A stretch of DNA of 44,809 bases from a virus (lineage: Duplodnaviria; Caudoviricetes): IMG/VR virus record IMGVR_UViG_3300037755_001323, positions 1 through 44,809 of that record; one strand, given 5' to 3'. The notes below the pieces were generated by a model. It did no database searches. It was not told the DNA's origin and saw only the letters and a program-made list of their open reading frames with translations. The position numbers were made by a program, and so were the translations under genes. Of this stretch, positions 24,488 to 32,028 are shown piece by piece (position 1 is the first letter of the stretch; every line of letters begins with the position of its first letter).

Positions 24488-25369
24488 CTAGATCAAAAGG
24501 CCAATCGAATTGAAGGGCAGCGAGTTTTTCGTTTCGAACTCGTACCACTGGGCCGACGCGTTGTCGCGGATCACCGCTCCGCTGGTCGTGTCGTGCAGCA
24601 CCGGCTTGGTCGATCGGTTGCCGCGCTCGTCGGTGGCCGGCCCCGTTTTCGTAGCGCCGAACAACGTCACCTTCACGCGGTACCCCTGCGCCAGCAGCCG
24701 CAGATACCAGGCCCGCTCGGGCGTCGAGCCGGGCGCGGGCGACTTGTAGGCGATCTGGCAGTGCAGCACCCAGTAGTAAAAATCCTCGGTCGTCACGTCC
24801 TCGGCTTCCATGTCCCACATCAACAGCGAGCCGGCCGGCCGGCCGCGAAACGTGTCGCTGTTGGTGGCCCAGGTGTACTGCTCGATCACGTCGCCCGGAT
24901 CAAAGTTCACGCTCTTGGTGATGTCCATGATCGGCAGCGGGCGGACCTCCTGCGGCCGCGGGTCGAATTCCTCGCCGGTCACCATGATGATCGGGTCGCC
25001 GTTGACGTCGGTGTCGATCCCCTCGCTGTTCTTTTGCGTGCGGTAGCGGATCTTGGGGGGCGTGCCGACCGGGTTGCCTTGCGTCGGCACGTCCAGCCGC
25101 GGGGCCTCGTACTCGACCGCCAGCTCGCTCAGGAAGCGGCCGCCCGCGCGGCGTCGCGTGGCCACCCGCATGAACTGGTTGCCGTCGGGGTGCGGGCTTT
25201 TCACGGCGTAGCCCAGCACATCGGCCTGCGCCAGAATCTCGTCGGTGGTGGTGTCGGCCGGGTGTGTGACGTCGAAGTACAGCGTGTCGGTCTTCGACAG
25301 GTAGGCCTGCCCGGCCGGCGACGCGTCCCCTCCGTCGGTCTTGTTTTTGCGGGTGAATTCGATGGCCAT
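24488..25369 (-). CDS. Distal tail/hub-like protein
   Basis: Immediately follows the tape measure-like gene. Confidence 0.6.
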   Translation of the reverse strand: MAIEFTRKNKTDGGDASPAGQAYLSKTDTLYFDVTHPADTTTDEILAQADVLGYAVKSPHPDGNQFMRVATRRRAGGRFLSELAVEYEAPRLDVPTQGNPVGTPPKIRYRTQKNSEGIDTDVNGDPIIMVTGEEFDPRPQEVRPLPIMDITKSVNFDPGDVIEQYTWATNSDTFRGRPAGSLLMWDMEAEDVTTEDFYYWVLHCQIAYKSPAPGSTPERAWYLRLLAQGYRVKVTLFGATKTGPATDERGNRSTKPVLHDTTSGAVIRDNASAQWYEFETKNSLPFNSIGLLI

Positions 25370-26724
25370 CAGATCGGCAGCGCCTCCACCCGCGGCAGCT
25401 TGCGGCGCAGGTCGTCGAGCGCCCGCTGTTGTTCTTGGTGCTGCTGGGCTCGCTCGCGGCGCTGCGCCCGGATTTCTTCCAGGGTTTGTTTGCGCGTCTG
25501 CTCGGCCACCGCCTCCGGGCTATAGTCGCCCGCCCCGCGCACGAGCGATTGGCTTTCCAGCAGCGTGTTGCCCCGGGCCAGGCTGGACCCCGCCGGTCGG
25601 CCCTTCCGCTCGGCGTAGCGCCGGCCGATCTCGGCCAGGCCGCGGTCGAACGTGCTGTCGTCGATCGCTCCCAGGAAGTCCAGCGCCAGCAGCTCCTGGC
25701 TTTCCCGCGCTCGGCGCTGGGCCTTGGTCATGATCCGCTCGCGGACACTCTCGGCCCGCTGCAACAATTCCTGTTCGGTTTCCAGGCGAACCAGCTTTTT
25801 CTCGTCGGCGGCAGCTTCGGCTTGCTGGCGGGCTTCGATTTTTTCGAGGGCAGTGCGGTGCTCCGCGATGAACTGCCGCTCCAGTTCCCGGTCGATGTTG
25901 GCGCCTCTGCTGCGCGCCTCGTTGATCTGGTCGCGCAAATTCAGTTCGGCGCGTAGCATCGCGTTGCCGCCGGCGGCGGCCTCGCGCTGCGACGTGCCGA
26001 TCGTGCGGAATACGCCGGATCGCAGTTGTCGCTGCCGCTCCTGCTCGCTAAGTTGCGCCTGCCGCCCGGCGGCGTCGGCCTGGTCGCGTTCCACCTTATC
26101 GGTAATAGCCTGGTTGAGCCGGCTACCGATAAAGGCATCGACCTGTTCTTTGTTTAGCCCTCCGCGCTGAACGATCGGGTTGGCATTTGACGCGCTGACG
26201 ATCCGCGCGAATTCGAAGGCCCCTAGTATTTCCGCTTGCCGTGCCCGCTCACCTTCGAGTGACATGCGGGCCAGGCCGGGGAGCTGTTGCCCGCCTAAAA
26301 AACGATCCGTCCTGAGGCGGCTCGCCGTATCCTGGTCAATGGCGAATTTCGCGACCTGTCCCACCGCCGCGCCAGCCGCGGCGCCGATGCCCAACGCGCC
26401 CGCGATCGGACCCAATTTTTTCAAACTGCCGGCGGCCCGAGCGACGTCGATCAAACCGCTAGCCACGGTGCCGATGTCGTTGCCCCAACTGCGCCACCAG
26501 ACGCTCTGGTCCTCCACCGCCTTGCCAAGTTCGCGCGTCCCCTTGGCCGAGCCGCTGAACCGCTCGATCAGCGTGGCCAGCCGTTCGTTGACGCGGTCCA
26601 GATCGCGGCCCGAGCGACCGATGTTCTGCAACCCGCGGCTGGCGCTTTCGCCGACCGACTCGAACACCCGCGTGGCCTCATCCTCGGCCCTGACGACGAT
26701 CCGGCTTTCTTTTTGTTTGCCCAC
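25369..26724 (-). CDS. Short tape measure-like protein (451 aa)
   Basis: N-terminal IVVRAEDEAT motif, Ala/Gly hydrophobic patch, long helical region; follows the tail chaperones. Confidence 0.7.
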   Translation of the reverse strand: MGKQKESRIVVRAEDEATRVFESVGESASRGLQNIGRSGRDLDRVNERLATLIERFSGSAKGTRELGKAVEDQSVWWRSWGNDIGTVASGLIDVARAAGSLKKLGPIAGALGIGAAAGAAVGQVAKFAIDQDTASRLRTDRFLGGQQLPGLARMSLEGERARQAEILGAFEFARIVSASNANPIVQRGGLNKEQVDAFIGSRLNQAITDKVERDQADAAGRQAQLSEQERQRQLRSGVFRTIGTSQREAAAGGNAMLRAELNLRDQINEARSRGANIDRELERQFIAEHRTALEKIEARQQAEAAADEKKLVRLETEQELLQRAESVRERIMTKAQRRARESQELLALDFLGAIDDSTFDRGLAEIGRRYAERKGRPAGSSLARGNTLLESQSLVRGAGDYSPEAVAEQTRKQTLEEIRAQRRERAQQHQEQQRALDDLRRKLPRVEALPI

Positions 26725-26728
26725 CTGC

Positions 26729-27061
26729 TCACCCGAATTCCGCGCGGCACTGCTCGCGCCGTAGCGCCATGGCCGCTTCCAAGAACCAACTTTCCTGATC
26801 GAAGGCCCCGCCGGCCACCGGCGGGATGCCGGCGAAGAACAGCTCCGCGAACCGCGCCAGCGTGGTCATGTCTCGATCGACGAACTGCTGCTGCGGGCAG
26901 CCGCTGATCGCGAACGTGCCTCGAGCGTCGCACTCCCGGCAGCCGAGTCCGCCGCACGACGGGCACTCGACGTCGCGCGACTCCCAGGCCTCGACCAGCT
27001 CGCGGCAGGTTCCCCCCGCGCAGGTGCGGCACAGCTTGCCGGCCTGCACCAGCGCGGTCAC
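26729..27061 (-). CDS. Tail assembly chaperone, frameshifted C-terminal (gpT-like) part with Cys motifs
   Basis: In the -1 frame relative to 27058-27408; PPVAGGAFDQ motif. Confidence 0.7.
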   Translation of the reverse strand: MTALVQAGKLCRTCAGGTCRELVEAWESRDVECPSCGGLGCRECDARGTFAISGCPQQQFVDRDMTTLARFAELFFAGIPPVAGGAFDQESWFLEAAMALRREQCRAEFG

Positions 27062-27408
27062 TCTGATTTTTTTTTATCCTCCGCCGACAGCGTGAAGCCG
27101 TAGAACAGCTCCACGATTTCCTCGTAGTCCAGAATCTGCCCCAGCTGCTGCGGGTCGAACTCCACCGCTTGGGGCGGGTCCTGGCGGTGGTCGACCATGT
27201 TCGCCCAGCCGACCAGATGTTCCGTCAAAAAATCGCGGGCCAGCTTCAGCGACGCGCCTCCCGCTTCGCGGACGCGGTCCAGCGCGTCCAGAAACTCGTC
27301 GGCCGAGACGGCCCGAAAATAGAACGTCGGCCGCTGCTCCGCCGCGATCCCGGCGTCGTCCTTCAACGAGAGCGGGAATTTCTGGTTGGGCCGCAAACAG
27401 CGTGGCAT
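27058..27408 (-). CDS. Tail assembly chaperone (gpG-like)
   Basis: Between tail tube and tape measure genes; ends in an A9 slippery run (27067-27075). Confidence 0.75.
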   Translation of the reverse strand: MPRCLRPNQKFPLSLKDDAGIAAEQRPTFYFRAVSADEFLDALDRVREAGGASLKLARDFLTEHLVGWANMVDHRQDPPQAVEFDPQQLGQILDYEEIVELFYGFTLSAEDKKKSE

Positions 27409-27493
27409 GGTGGCTCTTCCTTTTCCTGGTTACCTGGCCCGCTCGCCATATCCGACGAGGGTCGACCCTCGTCATCCGTGACGCGGCCGGCCT

Positions 27494-28429
27494 CTACACC
27501 GTATCGAACTCGATCGTGAATTCGTCGCCGCCCGCCGACGGGTTGAGCTGGAACTCCACGTTGTCGGTCAGGATTCCGTTGCGGTTGGCCCCCTGTACGT
27601 TGACGAATTGCAGCGCCGCGGCGGCGAACACGAACCCGTTGTTGGTGCCCACGGCCAGATCGAAATCGAGCGCCTGTTCGGTCAGCGCCAGCCACAAGCT
27701 TTCCAGCGCGTTGTCGGCAACCAGCTCGGCCTCGGGGTCCATCGTGCCGTTGACCCGGCGGTTGGTGACCAGCGCGTGCTTGTAGCCGGTGCCGTCGGCG
27801 TGATCCTGGTCCTCGACCATCGTCACCTGGTTGCCGGCGCTGATCACCAGCCGCGACAGGCTGGGCGCCCAGGAACCGATCGTCATGTTGGTGTCGCTGA
27901 ACCGCACCAGGTTGGCCTCGTCCGAGGGATAGGTCGGGGTCAGCTCGCTGGTATCGGTGGGCGTCACGAAGTACTTGCCCATGAAGCTCCAGAAAATCCG
28001 CGGCACCTTGCCGGCGGCGAACTCGATACGAAAGTCGCCCATGCAACCGCTCAGCCGCTTCAGCTTGCCGTGTTCGTATTTGCCCAGCGTGACGGTCGTC
28101 ACGCCGCCGGTGCCCGGCGGCTGCAGCACCGGCGCGTAGACCCGCGAGGTCGGCGCCCAGCCGCAGGCCGGCAGCAGCTCGGCCCACAGCGGAATCGTGG
28201 CGCCGCCGACCAGCTCGGTCTCGAAAGTGGCCGTGCCCATCCGCGCGCCACCCACTTGCGGGCGCTGCGACAGCGCGCCTTGCCCGTCGCGGGGTTCGAA
28301 GGTGATCTGCGGCTGCATGTCGTAGTTGAACACGTTCAGCGCGGCGTCGGCCGCCAGCAGCGTTTCGGCCGTGCCGGCGGCGGCCTCGGTTTCCACAGCC
28401 GCGATCGAGCGTTTGGAGAGCAGTGTCAT
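27494..28429 (-). CDS. Major tail tube protein
   Basis: Position and size; N-terminal AAVETEAAAGT motif; GAGG RBS. Confidence 0.75.
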   Translation of the reverse strand: MTLLSKRSIAAVETEAAAGTAETLLAADAALNVFNYDMQPQITFEPRDGQGALSQRPQVGGARMGTATFETELVGGATIPLWAELLPACGWAPTSRVYAPVLQPPGTGGVTTVTLGKYEHGKLKRLSGCMGDFRIEFAAGKVPRIFWSFMGKYFVTPTDTSELTPTYPSDEANLVRFSDTNMTIGSWAPSLSRLVISAGNQVTMVEDQDHADGTGYKHALVTNRRVNGTMDPEAELVADNALESLWLALTEQALDFDLAVGTNNGFVFAAAALQFVNVQGANRNGILTDNVEFQLNPSAGGDEFTIEFDTV

Positions 28430-28477
28430 GTCTGGTTCCTCGAGTTCGTTCCGCGATGGACGCGAATCAGATCAACA

Positions 28478-28561
28478 GAACCACGGATGGACGCGGATGG
28501 GCACGGATAAAGACCCACGCCTTCGTTCTTATCAGCGCGTATCCGCGTTTATCCGTGGTTC
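28478..28561. repeat. GGA-rich palindromic repeat, full 84-bp copy
   Basis: Loop AAAGACCCACGCCTTCGTTCTT; additional partial units at 28451-28477 and 28585-28604. Confidence 0.9.
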
Positions 28562-28622
28562 CGTCGTCTCCCCGTCCCTCACGTATCCGCGTCCATCCGC
28601 GGTTTTGTCATCCGCTTCGTCT

Positions 28623-29222
28623 CTAGCGCAGCGCCGCGCGGAGCCGGTAATCGAGCCGCCGCTCCAGGTAGGCCTGGGCGTCTCGGGCGGCCGCCGCCGC
28701 CATGTTTTCCTGATCGAACACCTCGGCCGCGGTCGGGCCGTACAGCCGTTCGATCGGCAGCCGCGCTGTGCCCAGCCGGCGGAACACCCCCTTGCCCAGC
28801 CGTTTGATCCGCGGCCCGAACGTTTTGGGTGACCCGCCGATCGGCCGGCCGTCTCGCGTCAGGGCCACTTCTTCGGCCGGCTGCCGCCCGCGCCGCTTGT
28901 CGACCACCACCGTCACGCCGCCCCGTTTGGTCTGCCGGGCCCGGTAGGCCCGCAGCGAAATCCGCCCGTAGCTGCGGACCGAAAGCGCGCCTTGCAGGCT
29001 GTCCCGCTTGGCAAAGTGCCGCCGCAGCGAGCGATCGACCGTCTTTTTCTTGAGCGGCAACACCTCGCGGATCTGGCGGCTGGCGAAGGCCCGCAGGTGT
29101 CGCACCGTGTCGTTGATCGCGCGGTGTACGCCTTTCCGCACGTTGCGCGCGTCCAGCCCCAGCTCGGCCTTGAGCCGGGCGATCGAGCCGGGGTCGACGG
29201 TCACGGTGATCTGGAATGCCAT
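28623..29222 (-). CDS. Tail completion protein (lambda gpZ-like)
   Basis: Basic; RAINDT and GVFRR..ARLPIERLYGP motifs. Confidence 0.75.
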   Translation of the reverse strand: MAFQITVTVDPGSIARLKAELGLDARNVRKGVHRAINDTVRHLRAFASRQIREVLPLKKKTVDRSLRRHFAKRDSLQGALSVRSYGRISLRAYRARQTKRGGVTVVVDKRRGRQPAEEVALTRDGRPIGGSPKTFGPRIKRLGKGVFRRLGTARLPIERLYGPTAAEVFDQENMAAAAARDAQAYLERRLDYRLRAALR

Positions 29223-29233
29223 GTTGGCCTGGT

Positions 29234-30283
29234 CTAACGCGTCACGTAGGGATCGACTTCGGAAACTCTGTAGATGATCGAGCAGTCCAGTTCGGCGGTC
29301 ACGAACTGGCCGTCGAATTCGATTTGCGGTTCGCTCACTCCGGCGCCGATCGCCAGACCCTCGAAGAAGGCCCAGTCGACCCCCGCGCGGATCGTCTCGG
29401 CGGCGATGGCCCGCTTGGCCTCGGCGGCCACGATGTTGCCGACCGTTTCCACCGGCGTGCTGTCGTTGTCGGCCGCGGCCACGTGAACGGTGATCGTGAA
29501 CACTTGCAGCGCCGCCACGCCGGGCGGATTGCCGGCCACGTCGTGCTCTTCGGCCGGCAGCGGCTCGGGCGCCTGGGTCAGCAGGCATTTGCCGTGCGCG
29601 CGGTCGGGGGTGCCCTTGCGGGTCGGCCGCACCACGCTCAGATCGTGGCTGTAGCCATTGGCTTGCGTGACGCGCGCCAGGCGGTAGGCCAGGCAGCGGG
29701 CGATCCGCTCGATGACCGGCAGCGGCGTGTAGGTGACCGTGAGCGTCGGCGGAATCGTCCCTTCGGCCGACTCGACGACCGTAAAGTCGTTGTCGCCGGT
29801 ATCTTCCGGGCCGATGACGAGCAGTTCCAGTTTGCCGCTGCGCACCAGCGCGTCGGCCACCAGCGGGGCCAGGCTCAGAAATCCCACGATGGAGTTTTCG
29901 TCCGTCACGCTGGCGGTATCGCCGTCGGCCGTCACGTAGTCGGTGCCAGCGCCCAATCCGGCGGTCGCCCAGTTCGACACGCCGTTCCGCTTGTTCCAGG
30001 TCACGCCGCCGCCGGTCCAGCCGGTCTGCGCAATGCGGTAGGCAAAAAACGTCCCCGGCTCGCTCAGGCTGCCGGCGCCCGTGGGGGTCAGCCCCAGCGT
30101 GGCCGCCGACACGTCCTGAAATACCAACGACGCCACGTCGAAGCGCAGCAGGGCCCGGCTGTTGATGTTGACCACGCCGAACTGGTTGCCGATGAGCAAC
30201 GTTCCCAGCCCGCCGAAATTCGTATCGGCGGCCGATTCGCTGATCGTCGCGTCGGCCTCGGGTTCGAACGTGGTCACGGCCAT
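29234..30283 (-). CDS. DNRLRE-like carbohydrate-binding domain fused to a tail terminator-like domain
   Basis: ADATISESAADTNFG...RALLRFD...TWN...P.LTVTY, then a gpU-like C-terminal domain ending YRVSEVDPY. Confidence 0.65.
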   Translation of the reverse strand: MAVTTFEPEADATISESAADTNFGGLGTLLIGNQFGVVNINSRALLRFDVASLVFQDVSAATLGLTPTGAGSLSEPGTFFAYRIAQTGWTGGGVTWNKRNGVSNWATAGLGAGTDYVTADGDTASVTDENSIVGFLSLAPLVADALVRSGKLELLVIGPEDTGDNDFTVVESAEGTIPPTLTVTYTPLPVIERIARCLAYRLARVTQANGYSHDLSVVRPTRKGTPDRAHGKCLLTQAPEPLPAEEHDVAGNPPGVAALQVFTITVHVAAADNDSTPVETVGNIVAAEAKRAIAAETIRAGVDWAFFEGLAIGAGVSEPQIEFDGQFVTAELDCSIIYRVSEVDPYVTR

Positions 30284-30636
30284 TAGTAGCACTCCAGGCT
30301 GGTCACGCCCGGCGAGTCGTCGAGGATGCGTTGCACGGTGAGTGGCACGGCCGCTTCGCCGTCGCGGAGCACGACGTCGATCTGGTCCCGCCCCTCGATG
30401 ATTTCGCTGCTGGCGATCCCGCCGTAGGTCGCGTCGTCGGGGTCGGCCAGCAGGCGGATCAGGGCCCGCTGGGCCGGCGCGTTGTCGGCGGCCGCCAGCG
30501 CGGCCAATTCTCCGGTGGTGATCACGGCCACCAGCGTGCGGTTGTCGCCACTCTCGGGTCGATAGGTTGTCGTCTCGCCGAACTCGTCGAGAATGTCGGT
30601 GAAGGCCGCGGCGAATTCGTCGTCGAACGTCGTCAC
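30283..30636 (-). CDS. Head-tail joining protein (gpFII-like)
   Basis: FGETTTYRP motif; position. Confidence 0.7.
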   Translation of the reverse strand: MTTFDDEFAAAFTDILDEFGETTTYRPESGDNRTLVAVITTGELAALAAADNAPAQRALIRLLADPDDATYGGIASSEIIEGRDQIDVVLRDGEAAVPLTVQRILDDSPGVTSLECY

Positions 30637-30652
30637 GGCCCGTGCTCCTGGG

Positions 30653-30685
30653 TGTTACAAGCCGCTGTTACAAGGCTGTTACAAG
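30653..30685. repeat. Three copies of TGTTACAAG
   Basis: 30653, 30666, 30677; the last contains the stop codon of 30679-31620. Confidence 0.7.
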
Positions 30686-31620
30686 TCGGCGGTCACCACC
30701 TTCAGGTTGCTCACCGTGTAGGTGCCGACGTGCGTGCCGGTCGTTTTCTCGGCGTGTACGATGGCCTTCAGACGGGCCGCCGATTCGGCCGAATCGAGCA
30801 CGAAATCGGTGGCGCCGCCGTTCAGGATGCCGTTGATATAGATCTCGCACAGCAGCGGGTTGGTGCCCACGATGGCGATGTGGAACTTGGTGGCCACCAC
30901 GTAGTCGAACGTGGTATCGGTCAGGGCCGCGTCGGTGTTGGTGTCGTCGGAGTGGGCCAGGATGTTGAGCGAGCCGCCGTCCAGGTGGACGGCCACGAAC
31001 GTGCCGACGCTCTCGAAGTCGGTGGCGGCCGTCACGTCGCCCAGGCCGATGTTGAAGTCGACGTCGGCCCCGGCCACCGCGTCGTTGTTGACGTCGGCGA
31101 ACATCGTCCAGTCGCTGTCGATGCCGATTGATTGATCGCTGATCCAGTCGACCTTCTCGGCCTCGCTGGTGGCCGCGATCTCGAAGCGCATGCCGCCACC
31201 CAGGTTGGCCGCCCGCGCCAGCGCCCCGATCGGCAGGCTGGCCCCGCCGCTGGTCCGCTGGTCGATGATGCCCGGGCGGTCTTCGTTCAGCACGACCGTC
31301 ACGGTCGCGTCGCCGCCGGCGGCGGCTTCCAGACAAGTCCCGACGAAAAAGTCCTCATCCGACACGCTGGGGATGACGGTGGCCGCATTGGCCGAGTGAT
31401 CCCAATAGATCCGCTCGCCGGGGAACATGAACTGCAAGTCGGTCTTGGCGATCTTCCACACGCCCCGCACGGCGACCGAGCCTTTCACGCCGGCGGCGAT
31501 GGCCGTGGTAGCCACCGCGGCCCGCCCGTCGGCCAGTTGCACGACCTCGCCGGCTCCGACCGCCGCCACCGGCGTATAGTCGATCGAGCGGCCTTCTTGA
31601 TAGGGATTTGCTTCGGCCAT
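30679..31620 (-). CDS. Capsid cement/decoration protein (DUF2190-like) with C-terminal extension
   Basis: YQEGRSIDYTP..AVGAGEVV...IAAG..G.V...GVW...G..IYWD pattern. Confidence 0.8.
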   Translation of the reverse strand: MAEANPYQEGRSIDYTPVAAVGAGEVVQLADGRAAVATTAIAAGVKGSVAVRGVWKIAKTDLQFMFPGERIYWDHSANAATVIPSVSDEDFFVGTCLEAAAGGDATVTVVLNEDRPGIIDQRTSGGASLPIGALARAANLGGGMRFEIAATSEAEKVDWISDQSIGIDSDWTMFADVNNDAVAGADVDFNIGLGDVTAATDFESVGTFVAVHLDGGSLNILAHSDDTNTDAALTDTTFDYVVATKFHIAIVGTNPLLCEIYINGILNGGATDFVLDSAESAARLKAIVHAEKTTGTHVGTYTVSNLKVVTADL

Positions 31621-31685
31621 CGGTTGGTCTCCCGGTCTAATTCAGGGGGTGAGGGCAACCGTGCCGCGTCGGGTTTTGGTGCGCT

Positions 31686-31973
31686 TTACTTTTTCGGTTT
31701 CTTGCCGCCGTCAGTTGGCGGGTCGGCCGTCGCCGCTGGCGGTCGATCTGTCGGTTGCGGCTCCGCCGGCCGCGGTTCGCTGCTGGTTTTGCGTGGCGCT
31801 GGCGCCGGCTGGTCGTCGGGGTCGGCCGGCGGGTCGAGCCGCTCGAGCAGTCCCCGCTTTTCGAGCTCCACCGCGGTGGCCTTGGGCAGGTCGCCCGGCG
31901 CCGCGACGATCTGGTTTTCCCGCAGTCGGGGCAGCCCCGCCCCCAGGTTCCGCAGGCACTTGTATTTCGCCAT
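31686..31973 (-). CDS. Small head-associated protein with Pro-rich tail
   Basis: Follows the major capsid gene; GAGGAG RBS. Confidence 0.65.
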   Translation of the reverse strand: MAKYKCLRNLGAGLPRLRENQIVAAPGDLPKATAVELEKRGLLERLDPPADPDDQPAPAPRKTSSEPRPAEPQPTDRPPAATADPPTDGGKKPKK

Positions 31974-32028
31974 CTGGCTATCTCCTCGTTTTGACGGTTG
32001 TCTCTCGTCCCGCGGGCCGCGGCGCCTG

